IMG/VR virus record: IMGVR_UViG_3300048588_000136
Span: 1 to 64,000 of that record
Strand: one strand, 5' to 3'
DNA: 64,000 nt
Origin: a virus
Both the position numbers and the translations under genes were made by a program. The notes below the pieces were generated by a model. The model was not told the DNA's origin. It ran no database searches and saw only the letters and a list, made by a program, of their open reading frames with translations. Below, piece after piece: positions 46,001 to 56,941 of this stretch. Positions within the stretch are counted from its first letter, which is position 1, and the number at the start of each line of letters is the position of its first letter.

Positions 46001-47100
46001 AAGCGCTGGTGCCGTACATTACCGGCCAGCAGCAGGCGACTATCCAGATGCAGGCGACCAGCACCGCATTTGGCCCGCAGCCACAGGATACAGCGCCGAC
46101 ATCGGGGGCTGTGGCCCTAGCGCCGACCATTGACGGCGAGGCGTTGCAAACCGAGCTTGACAAACTGACGCCGACAGTAGGCGTGCAGCTACATGTTACC
46201 GTCGAAGAGATCGCGCTGTTCAAGCAAACGATTACCGGTATTATCACGCCGACGGTTGGCGTCAAGTTGGAAACACCAACGGAGACATTGACCACCTGGG
46301 CGACAGGCATAGAGACAAATACACCGTCACCGGCAATTGAGGCACGTATCAACACGACGGTTGGCACGCTGTCGGACTGGGTACTGTGGGTAGAAACGAA
46401 CGCTCCAAAGCCCAATGTTGGTGTCTTGTTGCATACCACCGTCGAGGAAATCGGATTATACAAGGACACCATCGGCAGCATCGTGAAGCCGACTGTCGAG
46501 GTGGGGCTGACGCTGGGCCAGTCTGAGCAAAGTGTTAGCGCTCAGTTGGCGACAGCCATCACCGCCGACGTTGCCACCAACGCCAACATGTTCACTACAC
46601 CTGGCATTGTAGTAGCGCAGCTTATCATGGCGGCTATCCTGGACAACATGCAAGGCCAACAACAGCAGGGACAGGGGGGTGGTGAAGGCGGCGGCGGGCC
46701 GGTGGCTATGGCACTAGCAACCAATCTCATGACGCAGTTTGCTACAGCGGCCCCGATGTTTACCGCGGCTGGAATTGTGCCAGCGCAGATTGTGGAAGCG
46801 GGCTTTAAGGGTCACACCTACACCGGCATGGCCGATAATCTACAGGCGAGTGTCATGCAGTCAATCTCATCTAAGGCGGGCGATTTCGTGGCGGCGGGTG
46901 GCTATATCGGTGGCTGGATTCAGCAGGGGATCAACCAGTCGTTTAACGCCGAAATCAACCTGACGTTTGCCACCAACGCCGGGGCAAGCTGGGGAACAGC
47001 GTTCATGAAAGGCGCACTCACTGCTATCGGCGGCGGGGCGCTGGTGCAATCCATCAGTGACAAGGTGATCACGGATTTGGCGACGGAGTTGGAAAAATAA
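43078..47100 (+). CDS. tail tape measure protein
   Basis: 1340 aa, Ala-rich helical; ILDNLG and LT.AERKQA motifs; position. Confidence 0.9.
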   Translation: MPDKNLTYKIIIDTSQAKTQAQSIRSVFEAELKQISVGKLDTTGVKTAVDQVKALSAEFEKAVKSGDMGQIDTSGITRAITEASQLQLAFEKAAGAANNIKMPSGGGPGSGNISAIIGQVVPGGLGTLGGAFAGGFTATAVIAGLKELGQELDAVARRGAVMTQLRDVLESYTKSVGTNTDAMIGAAKKASAGTIAEYELILNANRALQFEVAKTPQQFAQLVELSTALGRAQGISDTQALEYLTTGLARESRLILDNLGLIINVSKANEDYAKSIGKTADQLTTAERKQALLAEAYNQGAVAIEANRQAFDSAATQYERFDANAQNLKDSLGELASRILSMPVAKAAGALQEYNEKYFKGGVSDDTLLRRRAELQAEIAKIEANGGQSNVLGMQFDDDLIGRAERYRDAIAEIDILLRAMKSDEPNPITGPSLEDFTQGQSTKKLTFSPSELSATDLIAAESEKIEAALLARAKQAVATMGADSIASVTAQMESVRSQMNAAIDDMIERGLSDPQQISFESTALQESLLAAFDVVNQVDFSAFSGAFAGLNQSFGDFLPAVASAREELAALSEEIAFTGSMTAEQAAQFDYLASIAYSVGDAGSQLNGVVNELGGAFLESNSYAAALVEQLFLAEAAFRNGQISAGTYAGMTAALTGNLLTLAQGAGIATSAIWQLNQAQADMSNLPGYAAGQQVGGSISQRIATQQAASGREQNRREMERYNAAVARQQESSARRAGKALEDGAKKASQELKSALDKVPGLFGTTQVTEQDMKDAELGVYQEKADEYLRRLRDEVVNGKQWEDVSIEEARAGLERAGLEVGNTAEQTLSLLEKAMNDSSLYSAAENIPIFINEEAVKYAQDLQAKSEQGRKNIYEYFGVVVDDATSAATGGGGAAPAPVAPPKLVDIDPLTEGLQTGLDEYVNANGQVIKEQVANAKALFFDPAQLFGTGGKTNGMGPMTNPAVTVTADPTAQALVPYITGQQQATIQMQATSTAFGPQPQDTAPTSGAVALAPTIDGEALQTELDKLTPTVGVQLHVTVEEIALFKQTITGIITPTVGVKLETPTETLTTWATGIETNTPSPAIEARINTTVGTLSDWVLWVETNAPKPNVGVLLHTTVEEIGLYKDTIGSIVKPTVEVGLTLGQSEQSVSAQLATAITADVATNANMFTTPGIVVAQLIMAAILDNMQGQQQQGQGGGEGGGGPVAMALATNLMTQFATAAPMFTAAGIVPAQIVEAGFKGHTYTGMADNLQASVMQSISSKAGDFVAAGGYIGGWIQQGINQSFNAEINLTFATNAGASWGTAFMKGALTAIGGGALVQSISDKVITDLATELEK

Positions 47101-47103
47101 CAC

Positions 47104-47454
47104 ATGGCAATGAGTTTAGGCGGTACAACCATATCAAGCACTATCGAAAATGGTGGCGGCAAATACGCATTCAAGCGCGAACGCCTGCGCACGAATGGCG
47201 ACGGCGAAGCAGTGATGGCCAACTACTACACGCTGACGTGGACATTTGAGCAGATGTCACTGACGGATTTTACCTGGATACGATCCACACTGATGAGCGG
47301 AGCGGGCAGCGTGAAGTATAGCAGCGCATCACTGTATAACGATTTGGGCGTATTGACGAGTTACACCAACGCTGTGGCGTATGAGCCGGTCTGGGACACG
47401 GCTAGCGGGGGACAGGTGTTCGGCGTGACTTGGATCATAGATAGGATTCGGTAA
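47104..47454 (+). CDS. distal tail protein-like
   Basis: small beta protein directly after TMP. Confidence 0.6.
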   Translation: MAMSLGGTTISSTIENGGGKYAFKRERLRTNGDGEAVMANYYTLTWTFEQMSLTDFTWIRSTLMSGAGSVKYSSASLYNDLGVLTSYTNAVAYEPVWDTASGGQVFGVTWIIDRIR

Positions 47455-50141
47455 TGTCAGCCATAACCTTACCTGATGTCAATTTCCGTGTCTACATCGG
47501 TCCCTACCATCTCCATTACGATTGGAGCGATCTTGACTTTGGCGCGTCCTTCTCGCTTGGTTCTGCCACAACCACAAGTGGGCAGATTAGCGGCGCAACG
47601 TCGCTAGCCATTGCTAGCGCCACCGGCTATGGCACAGCGGGTGGCGTGTGGGTTGGTCCAAACGGCAGCGGGCAGGCGTGGGAGTACGAGCAGTTTACCG
47701 CACGCTCTAGCACGACCTTGACCGTGGTGCGTGAGTCCACGACCGACCGCGAGCATAACGGCATCCACAGCAACGGCGCATCGGTGTATCAATTTTATCC
47801 GGTTACGACCAACGACGGCCAACTAACCATCACCGAAGAAGCTGATGACAACGTATCGACCATCACCTGGCGTGCCACCATTAGCGGTGTGCGGGCGCCG
47901 CAACACGTCCTGCGCAACGGGCATATTGTGGTGGTCACCACGTCAAGCAATGGCGGTAGCTACACCATCGCCCTGGTGGGCTTTGTCGATTCACCGACCA
48001 TCAGTGACGACTACAGAAACAATGCGGAGTGGACGCTGAACATTGTGTCATCGGCACAGATCGTCGGTGAGGTCGAAGCGCGCGGTGTGCGGGTTGGTGA
48101 TGCAGACCTGGCAGACGCTGGCACGGCTAGCGCTGTGCAGGAATTGGTGTTGCCGTACGATGAGCGCTACAGCGGCGACTTTACACAGGCGAGTCCTGAC
48201 CTGTCGGCATCATCAGCTATTGACAACAACCTGAACACGCTGTGGATTGCCGAACACTTTACCGGCACCGACTATTGGACCAATGCGGGATTTGCTATCA
48301 ACAGCGATCCCGAAAACGGCGACGATCTAGCCTTTGCTCACCTCTATGTAAATCCGCCGCCGGCGGCCGGTGCTGGCGCTCGCTTTATTGAATTGCGAGT
48401 GCGTACCAGCACCTACGTGCGTGGCTATGCCCTGTATGCAGCCAACGGCGGCAGCGGCGCCGAGTCGTGGTTATTTAACGGACCCGGTGACGTGGAAGAT
48501 GGGGGCAGCATTTTTCTGGTAGAAGATGAAGAGGTGTTCGCCCGGCTCAACCCGTTGGCGCAGTCTGCAGCTATCTACGAAAACAGAACATTTTTCACCA
48601 ATGCCATCACTGCCGCCGGCGGTGAATTGTGGCTGCGGATTGGCGAACTTAACTCATGGCGCAATCGCGTGCGATGGGGAACCGGCAACGGCTACATCAA
48701 CCACGAGGACGCGCCAAGTCGGTCATGGTCAGGGGCAACGGTCACGGCGCCGAGTGTCGGCCAAACCATGCGCTACATCTGGACCAACACCAGCACTACG
48801 GCAGCGAATCACTGGCTGACTGACTACGTGCGCCATGCTGGCTATAACATCGACAACGATGACCCGATGTGGATTATGACCACATTGCCGGGGCTGGGGC
48901 TAAAACTGGCGATGGACATGACCAGCAGCTACCCTGGCAACGGGCAGATTTTATTTATCAATGGACCAGACGACAAATATAGCACGGATGGACTGCCAAG
49001 TAGCGGCACACTGTTCGTCGGGGATGAAAAAATCAGCTACAGTAGCAAGACCGACCAATATATCGTTGTGTCTGCCCGCGGCGCTAGTAGTACCACAGCA
49101 AGCGCTCACAGCGAGGACGATGAGGTTTACATCATGGATGGCAGCGTGCCAACCGACGCCTACCTGATTAGCGGCGTTGGTTGGACTCGTGGTGGCACCA
49201 TTTACCCAAAGTCATTCAAATTGTACACGACAAACATCGTGGACAATGTTCGCACGCCTGACAATGATGACTACCTGAATGATTGGACGTTGCGTGATAC
49301 GGTGACCGCCAACCTAGCAAACAACTATTTCAAGGTGCTAAGCAGCACGCGTGTCAAGCATGTACTGTTTGAAATTTTCTTTATGACGACGGACCCGGCG
49401 CGCCCACGGCTTAACGAAATCAGCGCCATCGTGGACCCGACTTACCACAACCCCAATCTGTGGTTAGCGGCTGACACGAGCACTGGCACGTTGATTGCGC
49501 AGATACTCACCAACGCAGGCATCTGGGCAGGTGCCATCAGTCACAGTGGTACGGCTACCGTCGCCGAGGCCACCACAGCCGATGATAACGCATGGACAGT
49601 TGTGGCAGATCTGGCGGAGTATACCGGCGTGCGGGTGACGGTGCAGCGTGATAGCAAATTCCTGATTGCCAACGATACATTCTGGACTGGCACGCCATCG
49701 ATTGCAACAACATGGAACCGCACCAGCGCCGCCAGTGTGCAAAAATCGTTCCGCAAGGTGTCACCTATCTCGCAGATCATTTTGTCGTGGAAGACACCGG
49801 ACGGCACCGACAGTGGGAAGATTTATTACCCAACCACGGCAGGACGTGGCACGAAGCTAGAGAAACAGGAGACGCTGTACGCCAACAGCACAGCGGCCAC
49901 AGCAGCAGCACGACGGCTCTACTATATGCGCCTGTATCCCTTTGAGGTGAGTGTGGAGGCGTCCGACGTGTCGTCGGACAAACGAGCCGGAGAAGCGCAC
50001 CAGGTCTACTGGCAATTTACCGACGATATGCAGGCTATGGACCGGCTGTATGTGGTCATGAGTGCCGAGCACACCCTGAGTAAAGGCAATTGGTCGTCAA
50101 CATTTCGGCTAGTTCAATACGGACATGAGAGCAATTTCTAA
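47454..50141 (+). CDS. baseplate hub/minor tail protein
   Basis: position; GDEKISY..RGASST.A.AH motif; hub-like C-terminus. Confidence 0.7.
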   Translation: MSAITLPDVNFRVYIGPYHLHYDWSDLDFGASFSLGSATTTSGQISGATSLAIASATGYGTAGGVWVGPNGSGQAWEYEQFTARSSTTLTVVRESTTDREHNGIHSNGASVYQFYPVTTNDGQLTITEEADDNVSTITWRATISGVRAPQHVLRNGHIVVVTTSSNGGSYTIALVGFVDSPTISDDYRNNAEWTLNIVSSAQIVGEVEARGVRVGDADLADAGTASAVQELVLPYDERYSGDFTQASPDLSASSAIDNNLNTLWIAEHFTGTDYWTNAGFAINSDPENGDDLAFAHLYVNPPPAAGAGARFIELRVRTSTYVRGYALYAANGGSGAESWLFNGPGDVEDGGSIFLVEDEEVFARLNPLAQSAAIYENRTFFTNAITAAGGELWLRIGELNSWRNRVRWGTGNGYINHEDAPSRSWSGATVTAPSVGQTMRYIWTNTSTTAANHWLTDYVRHAGYNIDNDDPMWIMTTLPGLGLKLAMDMTSSYPGNGQILFINGPDDKYSTDGLPSSGTLFVGDEKISYSSKTDQYIVVSARGASSTTASAHSEDDEVYIMDGSVPTDAYLISGVGWTRGGTIYPKSFKLYTTNIVDNVRTPDNDDYLNDWTLRDTVTANLANNYFKVLSSTRVKHVLFEIFFMTTDPARPRLNEISAIVDPTYHNPNLWLAADTSTGTLIAQILTNAGIWAGAISHSGTATVAEATTADDNAWTVVADLAEYTGVRVTVQRDSKFLIANDTFWTGTPSIATTWNRTSAASVQKSFRKVSPISQIILSWKTPDGTDSGKIYYPTTAGRGTKLEKQETLYANSTAATAAARRLYYMRLYPFEVSVEASDVSSDKRAGEAHQVYWQFTDDMQAMDRLYVVMSAEHTLSKGNWSSTFRLVQYGHESNF

Positions 50142-53100
50142 TGCCATCAGCTAAATTTAAGGACGCGGCACGCCGCATTAAAGCTAAACTGAACACTGAC
50201 TATGAACAGTCCGTGACCGCGCCCACAGCCGGGCCGGTTGGCAGTGGTAAGCTATTCATCGGCGGGCAAGTGTTTGACGGTGACATTTCCGGCGTCACGC
50301 AAGTCGTCAACGTTGGGCGCCCAGCAGCGGCGCAGTATGCGGCCAAGGTCGGCGGCGGCACAACGGTCATTAGTAGTGGCGGCAGCACAGCCACAACGGG
50401 CGGAACGTCTGCGGATCTGACGACGCTGTATAATGCGTCATACATCACGGTCGAGGAGGAAGCGCCGTTCCCCAATGCGCGCCAAATCTCCAGCACTAAC
50501 GCCATCACGATTACGGACAACGGTCCAAGTGGCTTTCTAATTATCGGCATGGCCACACCGCCAACACTGTCGGCCACATCCACCAATGATGCCACGACCG
50601 GATCGCACGCCATCACAGCCAGCGCTGCGCCTGGGGCTGCGGAGTCATTGCTGAAATCGACCAGCGCGGGGCTGCTGACGCTGCCGTTATACACGGCAAC
50701 CACGAAGGTGACCACGCCATTGATTGACACAGCGAGTGGTAACCTATCCATTGCACCGGCGAGCAGTATAACCGCCATCACCGGAGCGCTGACTGTTAGC
50801 ACAAGCGTGCAATCGCCACTGATTACCACTGCCACCGATGTCGATTTGGTCATCAATCCTGCCGGCACGGGGGCTGTTCAATTCCCGAATGATCAAACAT
50901 TACGCACATCATCATTTGATAGCTCGTTTCCGATTACCGGCTGGCAGATTAACGAGGTTGCTGGCATCAGTGGATATAGTGCGCTGACTATCGGTAAAAT
51001 CCAAGCCGATGAACTTGCCGTGCGTGTTTTCGTGGCTGACGAAGTGCGCGTGGACCGCGGTGATGAGTACTGGACGAAGAGCTACGGCATTGTAGCGGAA
51101 ACATTCACCACGCCATCGGCCATCGGTAGCACAGTGTCCGTTATGTTTGAGGACAGCCCAGCGTTAGCGGGCGCTATCTTCACTAACAACGACTGGGTAC
51201 TGATTCGCAAACTCGACATTGACACCGGCATTTCATTGAGCAATATATGGGGCCAGGTTGCCACATACGTCAACAATAGTGATGGTACGCAAAACTGGAC
51301 ATTTACGCTTCGCAGTGGGCCAACCAGTGAAAGTATTACAAAGGGTAGTCTCGCCATCGACTTCGGTGCAACTGGGGCGGCGCTCATCCATCTATCAGTT
51401 ATCGATGCAGCGGGCGCTCCTTATATCAAAATGCGCAAGTGGAGCGGCGCAAACCCGTACACGCCGAGCAACTTTACCACCTACGTCCAACTTGGCGAGC
51501 TTGGCAGCACCGGCAACAGTTATTACACGCCAAGCGGCTATGGTCTGTATATTCGCTCCACAGCAAATGAAGACCAGTTCATTGTTGCCGACGATAACGG
51601 TTTGCAGATCCGTGGCGCTGACCTGGCACTCTACAACAGCACGACACAAACCATTTTGATGAACAACGCCGCTGGCGTTAACATTTTGGAGGATGTGTGG
51701 GGTAGCTGGGATAATCGACGTGCAATGCAGTGGTGGCCCAACCTCGCCAGCATGACGGGCGATCCGTCGCTGAGTATGTACACCGGCAAGCATAGCGGCG
51801 GCTCATTCCCGAACCAAAACTGGGCCTACATTGACAGCAACCCAACCGGTGGCGTGCTTGCCAACCTGTCTATCACGGCCCACGGGCAAGGCACAGCAGA
51901 TGACGCCGGTATTTACATTGAAGGCGGGAGTCAATCACTAGCTTCGCCTGCGACCGTTGTCATTACCGCTGAAAATATCGACTTGGCCGGCAATGTGGAC
52001 ACAGCGTCATTGTCGGTCGGCGGCATTGCGGTTAGCCTCAGCGGACACACGCACAGCTACCTGCCGCTATCCGGTGGCATTCTTGGTGGATCGCTAACCG
52101 CACAGAACATTACATTTTCGACAGACAGCACCTACGATATTGGCGCTGCTGACAAGCGTGTGCAAAATTTGTATGCGGTCAATTTGCACGTCAACACTAT
52201 CGTCGGTACACCTTCGTACAGCCACAACCATGCGGCGAGCGACATCAATAGCGGCACGTTGGACGAAGCGCGGATAAACCATACATGGACAGGTGCGCTT
52301 ACCCTGGACGCCGATGCGTCCGCCGGCAGTAGCAACTATCTGCGCCTGGCGACGCAGACCGGATCAAAGTTCTGGGATCTCATCGGGCGTGCTCATGACT
52401 ATGGTACGTCTGCACAACAAAACGACCTGCTATTGACGTACTATGATGGCTCGTCAACCTACATTGTACTTCAGGCGGATAACGCTACCCGTATTGTTGA
52501 CTTCCTCAATACTCCAACTGTTGGTGGTACGGCCGTCAGCCTCAGTGGACATACGCATACAGTATCAGCGCGAGATCTAACGAGTAGCAATAGGTATTAT
52601 CCAGAAAATTATAGCAACAACGTCCAGTCTGCCATCGACGCGGCGGCGTCAACCGGCGGCACGGTTGTACTGTCGGGGTTCTACTCAATATCCGCAGCGC
52701 TGTCGATGAAGAGTAACGTGACAATTGAGGGGATTGGGTGGGACAAATCTGGCATTAACACGACTGGGAATATTGACGCCATCGTTTTTGATGGGCCTGC
52801 CTACAAACGCAGTATGACGCTGCGTAATTTTAAAATCAATCTGGGAAGTTCCACCGGTCATCATATCCACTTTACAGCCTATGAACCGTGGGCTGTTACT
52901 GTCGAGGACATGCAGCTAACCGGCGGCACAAATTCGTTTATCAAGGTTGACACTGATGTAAATCCGTTCGAGGTGACGATCCAACGGGTTCGATTGGATA
53001 GCTCGACGCTGACAAATCCTGCAATTGATTGGCTGGGTGGTGGGTCCGGTTGTACGATGGATCGCCTTTACATTGAACCCGGATCGGGAGCGTATTGCGA

Positions 53101-56100
53101 AGGCTTGCACCTCTACAACGGTAATTTCACTATCGGGACCATTATCACAGGAAACGGTGTTCATCGCGCCGTTCGTGTAGAGTACGCGCGCGCTAACATT
53201 GAGCTTATTCATTACGAGCCTGTTACCGCTCTTTCATCACATGCCACTGATATTGTGCGAACCGGCACAGGCATTACCATAGGCTGGGTTCGCGTTGGCG
53301 GTGTCGTAGTCGCCAGCGGATTAGCGGGTAACAGTAAACCATACTATGTTTACTATGTTGGTCACGAAACGCCAGCCAGCGAATTTGGGCCGGTGCAATT
53401 ATACTCATCGCTAGAAACCGGCGGATCTATCGTATACTGCCCCGACGACAAATCGCAATCTGAGGTGCAATTGTACCACGGTCCACAAAGCGACATTGAC
53501 AACAATAGTCAGGGACTCGTGGTCAGCACCGGCGAACTAACACGGGCTTCGCTGTTGTCCTATATGCAAACGCAGCTAGACACTCGTTATGTAAACACGT
53601 CCGGCGATACAATGACCGGCACGCTCTATGGCACCGGAATCAAACAAGGCACGGCGCCTGGTGGTGGGCTGCTCGGATACTCAACTGAGTTTTACCACAA
53701 CATTGGCATGATTCAGAATGCCGCCAATCCTACGCTATCCACGGTTGCCTACTCCTACAGCACCCCTGCGTCACCATACGATGCGTTTACGCTGGATGTG
53801 CGTGGGAACAGCGCCGGTGGGGTACAACGGCAGATGGCTTCAATGGTCGCTCGCGTTGATACCACTACGAACAATTCCGAAATCGCATCCTGGTCTATTC
53901 GAACTCGAAAAAGCGGCACGCTCACAGAACGAATTAATATCGGGGAAACCATTGCCGTTACCGGCGCATTAACCGGCAGTAGCACCGGCGTGTTCGCCTC
54001 CACGCTGACGGCCGCCAGCGACACGGATGCTAACAATACATTCGGACGGGCCATTATCGGCTATGCACAGGCGAGTGACACAGCGACATTTAGTCACTTC
54101 GATCATAATTCGTCTACCAATTTCGCCCTGGCGCAGAGCGCTGCCGGTGCGACCGTCGTCAATGCCGCCAGTGGGCAGACAATCAGCCTTGGCAACGCCG
54201 GTACGGCTGTGGCCACGATTAGCGCTAGCGGCATTGACATGCAAAGTGGCGAGTATATCGGATCATTTGATTACGCTAGCCGTTCAACCGGTTGGCGCGT
54301 CGATGCCCTTGGCGGCGCTGACGTTCGCTATCTGTACGCCGACCAAATGCACGTAAAAACGTTTATCGCCGATTTGGAGCAAGCGCTAGCCGGCAGTCAG
54401 GTAATTAGTAAATCCGTGGCTGTGTTGGCACAGGATTTCATTGCCCCCTACGCCGGTGGGTCACAGGTTCTAGTGGTCGAAGATTTGCCCAGCGCGTCTA
54501 ACATGGCGGTGTTTGAGGCCAACGATATTGTCACATTGCGCCAGATAAGCCGGTCTAGCGGTAGTTTGTCCGTCGGCTACTGTTTCGGCGTTGTGACCAA
54601 CTACGCCGATGGATCTGGCACGCAAAGCTGGACATTCACACGTAGTGGGACAACGACCTACAACGCCATCACGCAGCGAGGCACAGCAACCAGCAACAGC
54701 ACGTCAGCGGGTACTAGTATCACCGTCACCAAGCCCACGGGGGTTGTCTCCGGTGATGTCATGCTGGCAATTGTCACACACGACGGCGCCGCCGATACCA
54801 TCACCGCAACGGGCTGGACAATTATCGGCACCTATACTAGTGGCACCGATATCAATCTCGCCATGTACTATCGTGTTGCCGGTGGCGCTGAAGGTGCAAA
54901 CTACTCATTTAGTACAGCATCAAGTCACGCTCTAGCCGCCTCAATCGTCGCTTACTACAATGTTGATTCGCTGATTATTGATGATTACAGTATCAGCACC
55001 AACAGCGCATCGACTAGCATGACCGGCACAACCGTTTTCGGCACGGCGACCGCCAACATGCTGGTGTTTCTTGGTGGCATCACCAACAATAGCGCGGTTA
55101 CCCCGGCGTCCGGTATGACCGAGCTTGTTGACGCTGGCTCGACAGGGATTCGTGTCTATGTCGCTCATCAAACGCTATCGGCGTCAGGCGAGACAGGATC
55201 GAAGGTCGCCACCATTGCGGCCAGTCATGCCAGCATTGTCGGCATGGTGGCGCTGCGTCCAACCTACAGTGCTATGACGACGCCCGCCGGTACTGTCACA
55301 CCAGGAACTGTCATCGAAGCCGATGGGCTTGTACTTGACTACGGCGTGAGCGGTAACGGCATTTATGAGGTATCGGCTATCGACGGCACGTATGGTCAAT
55401 ATTCGCCATATGCACGCGTGGCCACGTTTACGACACATCCGTTAACTGATGGCGTTGTGCGCACGCAGATGGGCAACCTGTCAGGACTAAGCGGTGCAAG
55501 CGCCAACGAGTACGGTTTATATGCTGGCAGTGGCACCATTGCCACAACAGCGCAGTATCTGCGCATCAGCACTGCAGGCGTACAACTTAACAATATCCCG
55601 ATCAAACTATACAACGCCGGCACGCAGACGGTTAATATCGATTCGGCTGGTACTGACATCTGGGTAGGTCCATCGTCGGCTGACAAGCGGCTACACTGGA
55701 ATGGTACATCTCTCAACGTCAACGGGGCTATTACCGTTAGCGCGGCGTCCGGTTTCAGTGGATCGGGCTATTTGCAGGTTGGAACAGGTACAAAAGATAG
55801 TACTCTAAATGGATTCAATATTAACTCGTCAGAGTTCGTTGGACAGGCTAGCGGTGTAGATCAGGTTGTGCTTGGCACCGATGGCAAAATCAAAGCCGGC
55901 GCGGGTAATGTAGTTCTGGACAGCGCCGGTATCAGCGTGATTGGTGGCAGTTCGTTCATCATTAAACAGGATGGAACCACAACAAAGGGCTATATTTATA
56001 GTAGTAATCCGCTTGATAGTTTGCTTGTCAATAACACAGGTGTGGGCATAAAAACTGCCGCAACAGCCACAACCGAAAGCGTGTCATTGCGCGCAAATGC

Positions 56101-56941
56101 CAGCGGGGGGCGAACATCAGAAATCGCCATTGAGGCAGGTTCCAGTACCGGCACCAATCGTATTAGGATGTTGGCATACAGCGGGAGTACCAGTACGTCT
56201 GGGCAAGTAACATTAACGGAAACATCTTTCGCATTAGCGCTCAACGGCACAGGCAGTGATGATTTCATCATCGACGGAACAAGCGCCAGATTCGGCACGG
56301 ATGTTGACCTAAACGGCAATGACATCATCGACACCGCCACGATTACGTTGGCGCCGACAGCAGGTAACAGCGCTGTATCCATCACCACACCGACCAACCA
56401 AACGGCGGCGGGCGTGGCGCTTGGTAACGCCAACTGTGGTAGCAGTTACGGCCCGTTTATCTCCATCGGCTACAACAACAACGGTAGCACGCCATCAGCG
56501 GCATGGCTGCGCATGTACCGGCGCGATGGGTCAACCGGCGATCTGTGGGTCGACGCGTCGGGCAACCTGCGCATTGGCGTGGCGTCTGCGGTCACAAATG
56601 CCACTGATACAGGGGGCGTAGTTTGTGGCACGCAGACCAGTTCGCTTGACACCAAGAACATCATCGAACCATTTACCGACTACAGTAGCGCGCTGAACGC
56701 CATCATTGACGCTCCCCTGTACGATTTTACCTATAAGAGCGGCGCATTTAATGGCGAACGTTTTACCGGCATCGTAACAGACTACGCGCCCACATTCGGC
56801 ATGGATAGAGATGAGACCCACCCGGCCGGCAAGTCACTAAACACTATCAGCGCCCACGGCTACACGTTCGCCGCCATCAAAGCATTGCACGCACGAATTG
56901 AACAATTAGAGAATCAGGTTAGAGAGTTGCAACATGTTTAG
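50141..56941 (+). CDS. giant tail fibre/spike with beta-helix domain and C-terminal peptidase S74 chaperone
   Basis: VQSAIDAA..GGTV..L.MKSNVTIEG.G (pectate-lyase-like); SSLDTKNII..YDFTYK..G.V..AIKAL (S74). Confidence 0.85.
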   Translation: MPSAKFKDAARRIKAKLNTDYEQSVTAPTAGPVGSGKLFIGGQVFDGDISGVTQVVNVGRPAAAQYAAKVGGGTTVISSGGSTATTGGTSADLTTLYNASYITVEEEAPFPNARQISSTNAITITDNGPSGFLIIGMATPPTLSATSTNDATTGSHAITASAAPGAAESLLKSTSAGLLTLPLYTATTKVTTPLIDTASGNLSIAPASSITAITGALTVSTSVQSPLITTATDVDLVINPAGTGAVQFPNDQTLRTSSFDSSFPITGWQINEVAGISGYSALTIGKIQADELAVRVFVADEVRVDRGDEYWTKSYGIVAETFTTPSAIGSTVSVMFEDSPALAGAIFTNNDWVLIRKLDIDTGISLSNIWGQVATYVNNSDGTQNWTFTLRSGPTSESITKGSLAIDFGATGAALIHLSVIDAAGAPYIKMRKWSGANPYTPSNFTTYVQLGELGSTGNSYYTPSGYGLYIRSTANEDQFIVADDNGLQIRGADLALYNSTTQTILMNNAAGVNILEDVWGSWDNRRAMQWWPNLASMTGDPSLSMYTGKHSGGSFPNQNWAYIDSNPTGGVLANLSITAHGQGTADDAGIYIEGGSQSLASPATVVITAENIDLAGNVDTASLSVGGIAVSLSGHTHSYLPLSGGILGGSLTAQNITFSTDSTYDIGAADKRVQNLYAVNLHVNTIVGTPSYSHNHAASDINSGTLDEARINHTWTGALTLDADASAGSSNYLRLATQTGSKFWDLIGRAHDYGTSAQQNDLLLTYYDGSSTYIVLQADNATRIVDFLNTPTVGGTAVSLSGHTHTVSARDLTSSNRYYPENYSNNVQSAIDAAASTGGTVVLSGFYSISAALSMKSNVTIEGIGWDKSGINTTGNIDAIVFDGPAYKRSMTLRNFKINLGSSTGHHIHFTAYEPWAVTVEDMQLTGGTNSFIKVDTDVNPFEVTIQRVRLDSSTLTNPAIDWLGGGSGCTMDRLYIEPGSGAYCEGLHLYNGNFTIGTIITGNGVHRAVRVEYARANIELIHYEPVTALSSHATDIVRTGTGITIGWVRVGGVVVASGLAGNSKPYYVYYVGHETPASEFGPVQLYSSLETGGSIVYCPDDKSQSEVQLYHGPQSDIDNNSQGLVVSTGELTRASLLSYMQTQLDTRYVNTSGDTMTGTLYGTGIKQGTAPGGGLLGYSTEFYHNIGMIQNAANPTLSTVAYSYSTPASPYDAFTLDVRGNSAGGVQRQMASMVARVDTTTNNSEIASWSIRTRKSGTLTERINIGETIAVTGALTGSSTGVFASTLTAASDTDANNTFGRAIIGYAQASDTATFSHFDHNSSTNFALAQSAAGATVVNAASGQTISLGNAGTAVATISASGIDMQSGEYIGSFDYASRSTGWRVDALGGADVRYLYADQMHVKTFIADLEQALAGSQVISKSVAVLAQDFIAPYAGGSQVLVVEDLPSASNMAVFEANDIVTLRQISRSSGSLSVGYCFGVVTNYADGSGTQSWTFTRSGTTTYNAITQRGTATSNSTSAGTSITVTKPTGVVSGDVMLAIVTHDGAADTITATGWTIIGTYTSGTDINLAMYYRVAGGAEGANYSFSTASSHALAASIVAYYNVDSLIIDDYSISTNSASTSMTGTTVFGTATANMLVFLGGITNNSAVTPASGMTELVDAGSTGIRVYVAHQTLSASGETGSKVATIAASHASIVGMVALRPTYSAMTTPAGTVTPGTVIEADGLVLDYGVSGNGIYEVSAIDGTYGQYSPYARVATFTTHPLTDGVVRTQMGNLSGLSGASANEYGLYAGSGTIATTAQYLRISTAGVQLNNIPIKLYNAGTQTVNIDSAGTDIWVGPSSADKRLHWNGTSLNVNGAITVSAASGFSGSGYLQVGTGTKDSTLNGFNINSSEFVGQASGVDQVVLGTDGKIKAGAGNVVLDSAGISVIGGSSFIIKQDGTTTKGYIYSSNPLDSLLVNNTGVGIKTAATATTESVSLRANASGGRTSEIAIEAGSSTGTNRIRMLAYSGSTSTSGQVTLTETSFALALNGTGSDDFIIDGTSARFGTDVDLNGNDIIDTATITLAPTAGNSAVSITTPTNQTAAGVALGNANCGSSYGPFISIGYNNNGSTPSAAWLRMYRRDGSTGDLWVDASGNLRIGVASAVTNATDTGGVVCGTQTSSLDTKNIIEPFTDYSSALNAIIDAPLYDFTYKSGAFNGERFTGIVTDYAPTFGMDRDETHPAGKSLNTISAHGYTFAAIKALHARIEQLENQVRELQHV

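Noticed and set aside
45702-46481. Long antisense ORFs (also 50200-50868, 62540-63271, 26541-27092, 38476-39186)
   Set aside because: They are shadows of well-supported genes on the opposite strand, with no motifs or RBS.
50141-56941. Diversity-generating retroelement target
   Set aside because: No reverse transcriptase and no adenine-variant TR/VR nucleotide repeat were seen in the window.
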